Positions 29,816 to 42,327 of a stretch of DNA of 64,000 nucleotides are shown here, piece by piece. The translations under genes and the position numbers were made by a program. Below the pieces are notes generated by a model that was given only the letters and a program-made list of their open reading frames with translations, was not told the origin of the DNA and ran no database searches. The DNA is from Vicinamibacterales bacterium (lineage in GTDB: Bacteria; Acidobacteriota; Vicinamibacteria; Vicinamibacterales; SCN-69-37), in assembly GCA_038918905.1 (NCBI GenBank), contig JBCKZS010000010.1, positions 638 to 64,637 of the forward strand, given 5' to 3'. Within the stretch, counting starts at the first letter, position 1. Each line of letters starts with the position of its first letter.

Positions 29816-31111
29816 ATGCGCATAGGTTTTGTCTCGCTCGGGTGTCCGAAGAACCTCGTGGACGGCGAGGTCATGCTCGGCCTGGCGAAACACGCCGGGC
29901 ACGAGTTGACAGCCGACGCCTCCACCGCCGAGGTCATCGTCGTCAACACCTGCGCGTTTATCGACAATGCCAAGGAAGAGTCGGTGTAGGCCATCCTCGA
30001 GATGGCGCAGTTCAAGCGCAACGGCTCGTGCAGGAAGCTGATCGTCACCGGCGGTCTGGCGCAGCGCTATCGCGATCAGCTCAAGGCCGAGATCCCGGAG
30101 ATCGACGTGTGCCTCGGCACCGGTGAAGTGCCCGAAATCGTCGGCGCCATTGCCGGTCAACCGACGCCGATGACCTTGTTTCGATCGCGCGCCGAAGCTA
30201 CAGGCGCGCACGTGCACCAGAGCACGAGTGCACCCGAGCACGAAAGCGCCGGTGCACCCGTGCACGAGAGCACCCGAGCACCGATCACGTATCTCTACAG
30301 CACCGACACCCCACGCGTCCTGACCACGCCGTCGCACTTTGCCTACGTCAAGATTGCGGAAGGGTGCGACTACACGTGCGCGTTCTGCATCATCCCGACG
30401 TTGCGCGGGGAATACCGCAGCCGCGCGGTGGACGCGATCGTGCGCGAAGCCGAAACGTTGGCGGCGGGAGGCGTCCGCAAGGTGTTGCTCATCTCGCAGG
30501 ACACGACGTTTTTCGGCCTCGACCGCGGTCAGCGCGGTGCGCTGGCCACGCTGCTGCGGCGGCTGAACGAGGTGGCCGGCCTCGCGTGGATCCGTCTGCT
30601 CTACCTCTACCCCACGACGATTACTGACGACGTGCTGCAGGCGATGGCGGAGTGCGACAAGGTGTGCCACTATATCGACCTGCCGCTGCAGCATGCGTCG
30701 GCTGATGTGCTGCGCCGCATGCGGCGCCCTGGCAACCGCGAGGCGTACGACAAATTATTGGCGCGCATCCGGCGGACAGTGCCTGATGTCACGCTCCGCA
30801 CCACGTTCATTGTGGGGTTTCCTGGCGAGACCGAGGCCGACGTGGAGCAGTTACTCGCCTTCGTGCGCGACACGCAGTTCGACCACGTGGGCGTGTTCAC
30901 CTATTCGCACGAAGAAGGCACGCGCGCATACGACCTCGTGGACGACGTGCCGGCGAAGGTGAAGAGGTCCCGCCGCGACGCCGTGATGAAGCTGCAGAAG
31001 CAGATCGTCGCCGCGCGGCTCAAAGCGCGCAAAGGCGACCGGGTGCGCGTGATGGTCGACGGCCCGTCGCCGGAATCAGACCTGGTCGTCACGCCAGCAA
31101 TGAGCTCGTAG
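29816..31111 (+). pseudogene. rimO: ribosomal protein S12 methylthiotransferase RimO, inactivated (TAG at codon 58; TRAM domain truncated)
   Basis: [20 protein letters not shown]...[18 protein letters not shown] (TAG at 29987..29989). Radical-SAM CDYTCAFC is present. The ORF ends ...SDLVVTPAMSS* inside the palindromic element. Confidence 0.8.
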
Positions 31112-31143
31112 CTGATTTATTCCAAATCAGCTACGAGCTCATT
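31099..31143. repeat. perfect palindromic element, copy B (20-nt arms, 5-nt loop)
   Basis: AATGAGCTCGTAGCTGATTTattccAAATCAGCTACGAGCTCATT followed by ttct. Confidence 0.9.
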
Positions 31144-31188
31144 TTCTGGGGGTAACGCTTACCCGACAGGCGGCCGATAACCCGACGT

Positions 31189-32040
31189 ATGCGCCGACTC
31201 CCGATCTGGACCTTCGCCGTGTGTCTCGCCGCGCTGGCGGGGTGCGATCTGATCAAGGCCCCCACCGAGCCGGGACCCGCCAACGGCGCAGTGCGGTACG
31301 GCGCCCTGGGCGCCAGCGATGCCATCGGGTATGGGGGCAGCGCCCCGTGCGTGCCGTTTTCGCCGTGTCCCGACGGCACGGGCTACGTCCAGACGGTGGC
31401 CCGGCGCCTGCGGGCCGCCCATGCCGACTTCGACGTCTCCAACCTGGGCATCCCCGGCGCGGTGCTGAGCCGCGAAATCATGGACATTGGCAACAGCCTG
31501 GGCCGGGGGATTGTCGCCAACTTCATCGACGGAGAGCTCCCGTTTGTCCCGCGCGGGTCCACCCTCGTCACGGTGTTTTCCGGCGGCAACGACGTCAACG
31601 CCATCGGCGCCGCCCTGCGCCCCTTGGCGGTGGGCGAACGCGCGGCCTACGCGCAGGCCCGCATCCAGAATTTCGGCCGCGATTTCGCGGCGCTCGTCAC
31701 CGGCATCACCAACCGTGCCTCCGCCGCGCAGATCATCGTCCTCAACCTGCCCAACATGGCCCGGCTACCCTACGCCGCCGGATACACGGCCGAGGAACGG
31801 GAGTGGCTGCGCCAGTTGTCCGTCGGGTTCTCCGCCGGGATGAACGCCACCCGCTCGAGCCGGGTGCGGGTGATCGACCTGATGTGCCACGCCCCCGTTT
31901 ATCAGTCGTCCCTCTACTCGAGTGACGGTTTTCACCCGAACGATGCCGGGTACGCCCTCCTGGCCGACCTGGTGTCGGCCGCCATCGCGCAGGCGCCCGC
32001 GGCTCCGGCCACGAGCTGCGGGTTCAAAATGAGCTCGTAG
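31189..32040 (+). CDS. SGNH/GDSL-family hydrolase lipoprotein
   Basis: Lipobox LAGC. Blocks GALGASDAIG, VFSGGNDV, SDGFHPN. Its stop lies inside palindrome copy C (KMSS*). Confidence 0.75.
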   Translation: MRRLPIWTFAVCLAALAGCDLIKAPTEPGPANGAVRYGALGASDAIGYGGSAPCVPFSPCPDGTGYVQTVARRLRAAHADFDVSNLGIPGAVLSREIMDIGNSLGRGIVANFIDGELPFVPRGSTLVTVFSGGNDVNAIGAALRPLAVGERAAYAQARIQNFGRDFAALVTGITNRASAAQIIVLNLPNMARLPYAAGYTAEEREWLRQLSVGFSAGMNATRSSRVRVIDLMCHAPVYQSSLYSSDGFHPNDAGYALLADLVSAAIAQAPAAPATSCGFKMSS

Positions 32041-32074
32041 CTGATTTGCCGGAAATCAGCTACGAGCTCATTTT
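32026..32074. repeat. perfect palindromic element, copy C (22-nt arms, 5-nt loop)
   Basis: AAAATGAGCTCGTAGCTGATTTgccggAAATCAGCTACGAGCTCATTTT. Confidence 0.9.
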
Positions 32075-32209
32075 GACCGGCGGGGCGCCGGAAATGTCCG
32101 TGCTATACTCGCGGGTGCTCGTAGCGGGAATGGAAGTGGTATGTGGGCCCGTGCCCACTTTTTCTGTTTTTAGACCCCTTCTCGCTCCGGGCGCCGTCGG
32201 GACCCAGTT

Positions 32210-32761
32210 GTGACTTCGACCCGCGACCGTGCCGTCGACCGTGTGCGCCAGGCGGCGATCCGCGTGGCCCACAGCCACGGGCTTGAGCTGTTCGACCTGC
32301 AGTGCCGGCGCGAGTCGATCGGCTGGGTGCTCCGGATCGTGATCGACCGGCCGTGGGTCGAAGCGCACGGTCCGGATCGGCCGCGGGACGCCGTGGGCAT
32401 CGAAGACTGCCAGCGGATGAGCCACGACCTCGGGACGCTGCTGGACGTCGAGGACGACCTCGGCGCCGCGCTCGAGCGGGCCTACACCCTGGAGGTGTCG
32501 TCACCCGGACTCGATCGTCCGCTGCGCCAGGAGGCCGACTACCGCCGCTTTGCCGGGCGGCGGGCGAAGATCGTGACGAGCGTGGCGGTGGAAGGGCAGA
32601 CGAGTTTTTCCGGCCGGTTGACGGGCGTCGACGCCGGCGCGGTGCTCCTGACCGAGGGCCGGCGGGTGCACCGGATCCCGCTGGACGCGATTCGGCGGGC
32701 ACGGCTGGATGTGGAATTTCAGGCAGCAGACCGATTGAGTGCGGGACTATATGGCGACTGA
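32210..32761 (+). CDS. rimP: ribosome maturation factor RimP
   Basis: Position upstream of nusA, plus the ...LEVSSPGLDRPL motif. Confidence 0.85.
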   Translation: MTSTRDRAVDRVRQAAIRVAHSHGLELFDLQCRRESIGWVLRIVIDRPWVEAHGPDRPRDAVGIEDCQRMSHDLGTLLDVEDDLGAALERAYTLEVSSPGLDRPLRQEADYRRFAGRRAKIVTSVAVEGQTSFSGRLTGVDAGAVLLTEGRRVHRIPLDAIRRARLDVEFQAADRLSAGLYGD

Positions 32762-34193
32762 GTTGCAGCAGATGATTGAAATGGTGGCGAAGGACAAGGG
32801 CATCGACCCGGCCATCGTCGTAAGTGCGATCGAAGACGCGTACCTGGCGGCCGCGCGCAAGGTGTTCAAGGACGAAGACGACCTGCGGTCGCGTTTCAAC
32901 CTTGAGACCGGGCAGATCGAGTTGTATGCGGTCAAACAGATCGTGGACGGGGTCGCCGACGCAGCCAGGGAAATCGCCCTCAGCGCGGCGCAGGAGCTGT
33001 ACGGCGAAGAGGCCGAAGTCGGGATGGAAATCGAGTTCCCGAAGGAAACGGACAAACTCGGCCGCATCGCCGCGCAAACCGCCAAACAGGTCATCGCGCA
33101 GCGGGTGCGCGAGGCCGAACGCGAGAAGATTCACGGCGAGTTCAGCCAGCGTGTCGGCGAAGTGGTCAACGCGGTGGTGAAGCGCTTCGAAAGCGGCGAC
33201 CTCATCGTCGAAATCGGCCGCGTCGAAGCCCAGATTCCACGCAAGGAACAGTCGCGCGCGGAGAACTACGCGATCGGCGACCGCGTGCGCGCGGTCATCA
33301 AGGCCGTCACGCACAACGTCAAGGGACCGCAGGTCGTGCTCTCGCGCACCGACCCGGCCCTGCTCATCAAGTTGTTCGAACAGGAAGTGCCGGAAGTCTA
33401 CGACGGCACGGTCATGATTCGCGGCTGCGTGCGCGAGGCCGGCGACCGCGCGAAGGTGGCCGTGTTCTCGCGTGAACGGGACGTCGACCCGGTCGGCGCC
33501 TGCGTCGGCATGCGCGGCACCCGCGTGCAGGCGATCATTCGCGAACTGCGCGGCGAGAAGATCGACATCGTCGAATGGTCGGAAGATCCGGTCGACTTCA
33601 TCACCAAGGCCCTCAGCCCCGCCCGCGTCCAGCGCGTCACCATCGTCGACGACGAGGCGCGGGTGGTGGAGGTGCTGGTCGAAGACCGGCAGTTGTCACT
33701 CGCGATCGGCAAGAAGGGCCAGAACGTCCGCCTCGCGGCGAAACTGACGGGCTGGAAGATCGACATCAAGAGCGACGAAGACAAGAAGAAGGAAGTCGAG
33801 CTGCAATTGGCCGGTCTCGAGTTTGGCGATGCGACCGAGGCCGAGGCGCCCCTGGCGCTGCCCGGCATCCACAACGAAGTGGTGAGTGTCCTTCAGGCCG
33901 CGGGGTACACGACGGTCGAGAAGATTCGGGCAACCGGCGCCGACACACTCGCCGCCCTGCCCGGCTTCGACGCCGAAACGGTGGCCGTGGTCCTCGAGGC
34001 CGCCGCCAGGGCCGACGCCGCCGCCCAGGTCGAGGCCGCCGCCAGGGCCGACGCCGCCGCCAGGGCCGACGCCGCCGCCCAGGTCGACGCCGCCGCGGCC
34101 ACACCCGCGGCTGTGGAGACGCCCGACACCGTGGACACGACCGAAGGCGCGGAGACCGCCGGCGCGACAGACGAGTCGGCGCCGCGCGACTGA
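32751..34193 (+). CDS. nusA: transcription termination/antitermination factor NusA
   Basis: MATELQQMIEMVAKDKGID..., S1 and KH domains (ACVGMRGTRVQAI, LAIGKKGQNVRLA). Ala-rich repetitive C-terminus. Confidence 0.95.
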   Translation: MATELQQMIEMVAKDKGIDPAIVVSAIEDAYLAAARKVFKDEDDLRSRFNLETGQIELYAVKQIVDGVADAAREIALSAAQELYGEEAEVGMEIEFPKETDKLGRIAAQTAKQVIAQRVREAEREKIHGEFSQRVGEVVNAVVKRFESGDLIVEIGRVEAQIPRKEQSRAENYAIGDRVRAVIKAVTHNVKGPQVVLSRTDPALLIKLFEQEVPEVYDGTVMIRGCVREAGDRAKVAVFSRERDVDPVGACVGMRGTRVQAIIRELRGEKIDIVEWSEDPVDFITKALSPARVQRVTIVDDEARVVEVLVEDRQLSLAIGKKGQNVRLAAKLTGWKIDIKSDEDKKKEVELQLAGLEFGDATEAEAPLALPGIHNEVVSVLQAAGYTTVEKIRATGADTLAALPGFDAETVAVVLEAAARADAAAQVEAAARADAAARADAAAQVDAAAATPAAVETPDTVDTTEGAETAGATDESAPRD

Positions 34194-34216
34194 CGTATTG
34201 CCGATCGCCGATTTTT

Positions 34217-34243
34217 AGATTTCAGATTTCAGATTTCAGATTC
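34217..34243. repeat. heptamer AGATTTC x3.9
   Basis: agatttcagatttcagatttcagattc lies 13 nt upstream of the infB TTG start. Confidence 0.9.
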
Positions 34244-34255
34244 ACCGAGGTTCCC

Positions 34256-37120
34256 TTGGCCACTGTCCGGATTTATAAGGTCGCTGAACTGTTGGGCTTG
34301 TCGAGCCAGGACGCCATGGCGCTGCTCAAGAAGGAGACCGGCATCGAGGTGAAGAGCGCGTCGAGTTCGATCGAGGAGATCGTCGCGCGCCAGTTCGTGG
34401 AACGCCAGGCCAGGAAGCGGCAGATTGCGTTGCCGCCGGCCAACACGATGTTTGCCGATGCGCCGGCAGCCACGGCCAAGGCCCCCGCGAGGGCCGGGGG
34501 ACAGACAGGGGGCAAGGCGCCGGGAAAGTCCTGGGGGAAGACGTCCGGCAGGACCGCCGCCAGGGTGCCCGAGCCGCCCAGGCCCGTCGCGCCCGTGTTG
34601 CGGCCGCGTCTGGTCAAGACCATCAAACCGGTGGCGGCACCGGCCCAGGACGAGGCTCACGCCGACGCGGCGCCAGCCACCGCCGAACCGGAGGCTGCGG
34701 CGCCCACCGCCCCGCACGTCCCGGAGCCGGCCGCCGCTGTGCAGGACACGCCTGCCGAGGCCGCTGCCCCGGCAGGGATCCCCGAACCCACGCCCGCAGT
34801 CAGAGCGCCCGCGCTGGCCGCTGGGGCCGCCACGCCGGCCGCTGAAACCCCGGCGCCAGTCGCAGCACCCGCGCCGAAGCCGGCCGCGACCCCTGCACCG
34901 AAAGTGGCCGCGACACCGCAGCCGCCAGCGCCCGCGATTTCGCCGGTCACGCGGCCGCTCGGCCGCACGGCGCCGCCGATCCGGCGTCTTCGCATTGAAG
35001 ATCCGTTGACCGGCGAGGCGCCTGCCGCGCGGCCGATTCCGCAACGTCCGGTCGTCCGGCCGCAGATGGCCCCGCCCGCACCGACGCGTCCCGCCATTCC
35101 GGGCACGATGCGTCCCGGCGGTCCCACAGGGCGTCCCATTCCCGCGGGTCCGCGCCCGCCACTTGGCGGCCCGCGTCCGCTGCCATCGCAGCCGGTCCGG
35201 CCGGGTCAGCCCGCCGGCCCTGGAGGCCTGCGTCCGCCCTTCGGACAACGCCCGGGTCAGTCCACCTATCGCCCGTCGTATTCCGGCCCGCGCACGCGCG
35301 GCCCGCGTCGTGATGACCGGCCGCAGATGCCGGTGCCGCAGGAACCGCCGCCGCCGATCACCAAACTCATCACGCTGGCCGAAGGCATGTCGGTGAAGGA
35401 CCTGGCCGACAAACTCGAGGTCAAACCCAAGGACGTCCTGAAGAAACTGATGGACCATCGCATGATGATGACCATCAACTCGACGCTCGACGCCGAAACG
35501 GCGCAGCTCGTCTCGCGCGACTTCGGCGCGGAAGTGCTCATCCGGTCGTTCGAAGAAGAAGTCATCGACGTGGAGGCGGAGACCTCCAGGCCGGAAGACC
35601 TGGTCGAACGCGCGCCGGTCGTGACCGTCATGGGCCACGTCGACCACGGCAAGACCACGCTGCTCGACAGCATCCGCACGACCAAGGTCGCCGAGCACGA
35701 GGCCGGCGGCATCACGCAGCACATCGGCGCCTACTCGGTGGACGTCAACGGACGCCGCGTGGTGTTCCTCGACACTCCCGGTCACGAAGCCTTCACCCTG
35801 ATGCGCGCCCGCGGCGCCAAGGTCACCGACATCGTCATCCTGGTCGTGGCCGCTGACGACGGCGTCATGCCGCAGACGAAGGAAGCGATCGACCACGCGA
35901 AGGCCGCGAACGTGCCCGTCATTGTGGCCGTGAACAAGATCGACGTGCCTGGCGCCAACGCCGAGCGCGTCAAGCGCGATCTCTCCGAACTGGGCCTGCA
36001 GCCTGAAGAGTGGGGCGGCACGACGGTCACCGTCGAGGTCTCCGCCAAGCACCGGACCAACCTGGATCAATTGCTGGAGATGATCCTCCTCGTGGCCGAC
36101 CTGGGCACGCACAAGGCCAACCCGACCCGCATGGCGCGGGGCACGGTGCTCGAAGCCAAACTCGACCGGGGCCGCGGCCCGGTCGCCACCGTGCTCGTGC
36201 AGGACGGCACGATTCGCGAAGGCGACCTGTTCATCGCGGGCACCGTGGACGGCAAAGTCCGCGCGCTCTTCGACCACGTCGGTCGCAAGGTGAAGTCGGC
36301 GGGCCCGTCCACGCCGGTCGAAGTGCTGGGCCTGTCGGCCCTCCCCTCGCCTGGCGACACGCTGCAGGTGATTAACGATCCGATCAAGGCGCGCCAGGTG
36401 GTGACCTATCGTCAGGCGCAGGCCAAAGCCAAGGCGCTCGGCGCCCGCGGCTCGCGGCTCACGCTGGAATCGATGCAGCAGCAGATGGCGGAAGGCCAGT
36501 TGAAGGAGCTGGCGATCATCATCAAGGCGGACGTGCAGGGCTCGGCCGAAGTGCTGGCCGACACGCTGGCCAAGCTGACCGACACCCGGGTCAAGGTGCG
36601 CATCATCCACACGGGCGTCGGCGCGATCAACGAGTCGGACGTGCTGCTGGCCAGCGCGTCGAAGGCCGTCATCATCGGCTTCAACGTCAAGCCCGACCGC
36701 AATGCCGTCGTAGTGGCCGAGCGCGAAGAAATCGAGATCCGCCACCACACCGTCATCTACCACGTCACCGACGAGATCAAGAAGGCGATGACCGGCCTGC
36801 TCGAGCCGACCCTGCGCGAGACGCGCATCGGCGTGGCGCAGGTGCAGCAGATCTTCAAGACCCCCAAGGCCGGCACGGTCGCCGGCTGCACGGTCAGCGA
36901 AGGCCGCATTACCCGCGCGGGCGACGCGCAGGCGCGCCTGCTCCGCGGCGGCGGGGTGCTGTGGACCGGCCGCCTCAATTCGCTGCGCCGCTTCAAGGAC
37001 GACGTGAGCGAGGTGAAGTCGGGCATGGAGTGCGGCCTCAGCCTCGACCGGTATCACGACATCGAGGTCGGCGACCTCATCGAGATCTTTCAGATCGAGA
37101 AGATCGCGCAAACGCTCTGA
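34256..37120 (+). CDS. infB: translation initiation factor IF-2
   Basis: GAGG then TTG start giving (M)[13 protein letters not shown] (IF2_N). G-domain [25 protein letters not shown]. Confidence 0.95.
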   Translation: MATVRIYKVAELLGLSSQDAMALLKKETGIEVKSASSSIEEIVARQFVERQARKRQIALPPANTMFADAPAATAKAPARAGGQTGGKAPGKSWGKTSGRTAARVPEPPRPVAPVLRPRLVKTIKPVAAPAQDEAHADAAPATAEPEAAAPTAPHVPEPAAAVQDTPAEAAAPAGIPEPTPAVRAPALAAGAATPAAETPAPVAAPAPKPAATPAPKVAATPQPPAPAISPVTRPLGRTAPPIRRLRIEDPLTGEAPAARPIPQRPVVRPQMAPPAPTRPAIPGTMRPGGPTGRPIPAGPRPPLGGPRPLPSQPVRPGQPAGPGGLRPPFGQRPGQSTYRPSYSGPRTRGPRRDDRPQMPVPQEPPPPITKLITLAEGMSVKDLADKLEVKPKDVLKKLMDHRMMMTINSTLDAETAQLVSRDFGAEVLIRSFEEEVIDVEAETSRPEDLVERAPVVTVMGHVDHGKTTLLDSIRTTKVAEHEAGGITQHIGAYSVDVNGRRVVFLDTPGHEAFTLMRARGAKVTDIVILVVAADDGVMPQTKEAIDHAKAANVPVIVAVNKIDVPGANAERVKRDLSELGLQPEEWGGTTVTVEVSAKHRTNLDQLLEMILLVADLGTHKANPTRMARGTVLEAKLDRGRGPVATVLVQDGTIREGDLFIAGTVDGKVRALFDHVGRKVKSAGPSTPVEVLGLSALPSPGDTLQVINDPIKARQVVTYRQAQAKAKALGARGSRLTLESMQQQMAEGQLKELAIIIKADVQGSAEVLADTLAKLTDTRVKVRIIHTGVGAINESDVLLASASKAVIIGFNVKPDRNAVVVAEREEIEIRHHTVIYHVTDEIKKAMTGLLEPTLRETRIGVAQVQQIFKTPKAGTVAGCTVSEGRITRAGDAQARLLRGGGVLWTGRLNSLRRFKDDVSEVKSGMECGLSLDRYHDIEVGDLIEIFQIEKIAQTL

Positions 37121-37563
37121 TGGCCCAGGGCGCGCGTCCCGATCGTGTCGGCGAGCAGATCCGCCAGGAGCTGAGCCGGATGCTCTCGCAGCAGATTCAG
37201 GACCCCGGCATCGGCTTCCTGACGCTCACGCGCGTCACAGTCACGCCCGACCTGCAACTGGCGCGCGTGCTCTACACCGTCATCGGCGATGACAAGCAGC
37301 GGCGCGACACCAAGAAGGCGCTCGACCGCGCCCTCCCCTTCCTGCGCCGCCAGATCGCGTCGCGCGTGCGCCTGCGACGTGTGCCGGAACTGCAGTTTTT
37401 TTACGACGAGTCCATCGAACAGCAGGACCGCATCGAGCAGATTCTGCTGGACCTCGAGAACGAACGCCGCGCACGCGCGACGCCCCCCGACGCCGACGCC
37501 GCGACCAACGCGACGGACGAAACAGCCGCGCCCGATCCGAACACACCCGAGGATCCCGAATGA
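37120..37563 (+). CDS. rbfA: ribosome-binding factor A
   Basis: RVGEQIRQELSRML...LTRVTVTPDLQLARV. TGATG junction with infB. Confidence 0.9.
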   Translation: MAQGARPDRVGEQIRQELSRMLSQQIQDPGIGFLTLTRVTVTPDLQLARVLYTVIGDDKQRRDTKKALDRALPFLRRQIASRVRLRRVPELQFFYDESIEQQDRIEQILLDLENERRARATPPDADAATNATDETAAPDPNTPEDPE

Positions 37564-38534
37564 GCGGATCGGCGGCTGACGTCGCCGCCGCCATCCGTGC
37601 CCACGACTCCTTCCTGCTGACGTCACACGCGCGGCCGGACGGCGATGCCATTGGCTCACAGTTGGCCATGGCGTTTGCGCTCGACGCGCTCGGCAAACGC
37701 GTGCGGCTCGTCAACAGGGACCCCGCCCCCGCGACATATCGGCCCTTCCCAGGCCTCGACCGCATCATCGTCGCACCCACCGTCCCGCCGCTGGCCGGCG
37801 CCACTGCCAGCGCCGAGGCCACCATCGTCATGGAGTGCGGCGACCTCAGCCGCACGGAAGTGGCGGGGCTGGAACGCCCCACGGTGATCAACATCGACCA
37901 CCACGTGGGGAACACGATGTACGGGTCGGTGAACTGGTTCGACGCGTCCGCCGCCGCCTGCGGCGAGATGGTGGCCGACGTCATCGACGCGATCGGTGTG
38001 CCGTGGACACAGCCCATCGCCGCGCACCTGTACCTGGCGATCGCCACCGACACGGGCGGCTTCCGTCATGGCCCCATCTCCGAGCGAACATTTCGCGTCG
38101 CCGCGCGCGTGGCCGCCACCGGCCTGTCGCCCGCGCAACTCTCGCGCGACATTTTTGACAGCTTCGGCGCCGGCCGCCTCCGCCTGACCGGCGCCCTGCT
38201 CAACGCCATGACGCTGCACCACGACCGCCGGCTCGCGGTGCTCTATTACGACGACGAGATACTGGCCGCCTGCGGCGCGACGCCCGACGACACCGACGGC
38301 CTGGTGAACCTGCCGCTCGGCGCGAAGGAGGTGGTGGCGGTGGCGCTCGTCAGGAAACAGGACGACACCGAGTACCGCGTCAGCATGCGCTCGAAAGGCG
38401 ACGTCAGCGTCCGCGCCGTCGCGCTCCAGTTCAACGGAGGCGGACACGTCAACGCAGCCGCCTGCACCATCGCGGGCACGCGCGACTCCGTCACAGCCGC
38501 GGTCGTAGAAGCCCTTCATGAGGTGTTGAGATGA
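37560..38534 (+). CDS. nrnA: DHH-family phosphoesterase (NrnA-like oligoribonuclease/pAp phosphatase)
   Basis: HARPDGDAIGS, NIDHH, and GGGH near the C-terminus. ATGA overlap with rbfA. Confidence 0.8.
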   Translation: MSGSAADVAAAIRAHDSFLLTSHARPDGDAIGSQLAMAFALDALGKRVRLVNRDPAPATYRPFPGLDRIIVAPTVPPLAGATASAEATIVMECGDLSRTEVAGLERPTVINIDHHVGNTMYGSVNWFDASAAACGEMVADVIDAIGVPWTQPIAAHLYLAIATDTGGFRHGPISERTFRVAARVAATGLSPAQLSRDIFDSFGAGRLRLTGALLNAMTLHHDRRLAVLYYDDEILAACGATPDDTDGLVNLPLGAKEVVAVALVRKQDDTEYRVSMRSKGDVSVRAVALQFNGGGHVNAAACTIAGTRDSVTAAVVEALHEVLR

Positions 38535-38574
38535 CTGAGATGAAGTCCTTCCACCTCAGCCATCTCAGCCACCT

Positions 38575-39468
38575 ATGACGGGCGTTCTTCTCATCGACAA
38601 GCCCTCAGGCCCGACGTCGCATGACGTCGTGGCGCGCCTGCGGCAGGTCACGCGTGAGCGCAGCATCGGCCACGCCGGCACACTCGACCCGCGCGGCACC
38701 GGACTGCTCGTGCTGATGCTCGGCAAAGCCACGCGGCTTGCCCCCCTGCTCTCGGGCCACGACAAGACCTACGAGGCCACGATTCGGCTCGGGTTTGCCA
38801 CGACGACCGACGACGCGGATGGGGTGAGGCTGGAGGAGGGCCCGTCGGGGCCGGTGCCGGAGGATGGGGCGATTCGCGCGGCGCTCGACACGTTCCGCGG
38901 CACGTTCGACCAGATGCCGCCGCAGTTTTCGGCGAAGAAGGTCGACGGGCACAAGGCCTGCGACATGGCCCGGCGCGATCAACATGTACCGCTGAAGACC
39001 TCCGCGGTGACTGTGCGGTCGCTGGACGTGGTCGACCGCATCGGCGACCTGGTCCGGCTCGGGATGACCGTCTCGGCCGGATTCTACGTCCGATCGCTCG
39101 CCCGCGACCTCGGGGCACAACTCGGCTGCGGCGCGCATCTGGACGCCCTTCGGCGGACACAGTCCGGGGCCTTCCGGGTCACGGCAGCCACGCCCCTGGA
39201 CGAGGCGGACCGGCTGGGCCCCAACCTGGAGCCGCGCCTGATCTCGCTGGCCGACGCCCTTCCGGAACTCCCCGCCGTACGGCTGTCGGACCAGGGGTTG
39301 ATCCGGGTGCGTCACGGGAACCCCGTGGGGCCGCAACTCATTGCAGGCGCATGGGTTCCCGCCGGGCTGGGGCTCTCGAAGGTGCGCCTGCTTGATGACG
39401 CCGGGGCGCTCGTCGCCCTGGCGGATTTACGGGGCGGTCTTTTGCACCCTGCCGTTGTACTCGGCTAG
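38575..39468 (+). CDS. truB: tRNA pseudouridine-55 synthase
   Basis: GVLLIDKPSGPTSHDVV...GHAGTLDP motif and operon position. Confidence 0.9.
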   Translation: MTGVLLIDKPSGPTSHDVVARLRQVTRERSIGHAGTLDPRGTGLLVLMLGKATRLAPLLSGHDKTYEATIRLGFATTTDDADGVRLEEGPSGPVPEDGAIRAALDTFRGTFDQMPPQFSAKKVDGHKACDMARRDQHVPLKTSAVTVRSLDVVDRIGDLVRLGMTVSAGFYVRSLARDLGAQLGCGAHLDALRRTQSGAFRVTAATPLDEADRLGPNLEPRLISLADALPELPAVRLSDQGLIRVRHGNPVGPQLIAGAWVPAGLGLSKVRLLDDAGALVALADLRGGLLHPAVVLG

Positions 39469-39555
39469 AATCAATCGTTTGTTGGTGCAGGATTTACGGC
39501 TCTCTGGTCATGCGCAGTCCCGCGCACTCTGGACGGCTCGTGGAAGGCAGATATC

Positions 39556-39822
39556 GTGCTGAGCAAGGAACGGAAGACAGAAGTTATTGGTACCTACAAG
39601 ACCCACGACGGCGATACCGGGTCTCCCGAAGTGCAGGTCGCGATTCTCAGCGAACGCATCACCTACCTGACGGACCACTTCAAAACCCATGCAAAAGACC
39701 ACCACTCGCGGCGTGGTCTCCTCAAGATGGTCTCCCAGCGGCGGCGTCTGCTCGACTACGTGCGGCGCAAGGATGCGGACCGCTATTCCGACCTGATCAA
39801 GCGCCTCGGCATCCGCAAGTAG
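39556..39822 (+). CDS. rpsO: 30S ribosomal protein S15
   Basis: [32 protein letters not shown]; GTG start. Confidence 0.95.
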   Translation: MLSKERKTEVIGTYKTHDGDTGSPEVQVAILSERITYLTDHFKTHAKDHHSRRGLLKMVSQRRRLLDYVRRKDADRYSDLIKRLGIRK

Positions 39823-39862
39823 CGCCCGCGCACGCGTAGACACAGCAGAAGGACAAGCACTC

Positions 39863-42061
<2,199 letters not shown>

Positions 42062-42088
42062 CCGGCACGCCCGCGCACCGAACGTCCA

Positions 42089-42121
42089 CGCCGGTCAGGG
42101 TCCCCCTGGCCGGCGTTTTCT
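42089..42121 (+). terminator. intrinsic terminator of pnp
   Basis: cgccggtcaggg-tcc-ccctggccggcg (12-bp stem with one T:G position) followed by ttttct. Confidence 0.6.
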
Positions 42122-42327
42122 GTACCTGATTCGATCAACAGGCCGTTGTCGACATCGGGCTCCAACACGGGTCGGAATGTCGGAGCGTCGGACGGGTCGG
42201 TCGTCAGCGGGCACACGACGATCGAGTCGGTGGCGCCAAACAGGTCGTCCTGAACAATCACTGCGGGGCGCGGCTTGCCGGCGTAAGCGGAGCCGCCCGC
42301 AACCGTCCACACCTCGCCGCGGTTCAC
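42122..42327 (-). pseudogene. 3'-truncated MazF/PemK-family toxin gene
   Basis: (GTG)NRGEVWTVAGGSAYAGKPRPAVIVQDDLF...IVVCPLTT...FRPVLEP..DNGL. Homology stops at about aa 68, exactly at the pnp terminator. Confidence 0.55.

Noticed and set aside
31099-32074. Palindromes as integron attC sites delimiting a gene cassette.
   Set aside because: There is no intI gene and no attI. The arms are perfect palindromes lacking the R'/R'' GTTRRRY-type cores and extrahelical bases of attC. A REP/terminator-like element is the safer reading.
34003-34090. Tandem GCC-rich repeats (AARADAAAQVE...) at the nusA 3' end.
   Set aside because: This is in-frame low-complexity Ala-rich C-terminal tail coding sequence, not an independent element.
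34229-37111. 960-aa ORF antisense to infB. Similar long antisense or shadow ORFs occur at 39797..41986, 49488..52076, 28336..30048, 21829..22713 and 33575..34255.
   Set aside because: Long stop-free antisense frames are typical of high-GC DNA. The translations are Arg/Gly/Pro/Ala-rich with no motifs, and the opposite strand encodes unmistakable conserved proteins.
38535-38574. Imperfect inverted repeat (tgagatgactgagatg / cctcagccatctcagcc) between nrnA and truB as a terminator.
   Set aside because: The stem is imperfect, there is no T-tract, and the genes are part of a conserved operon. At most it is an RNA processing or attenuation element, which is not supportable by eye.
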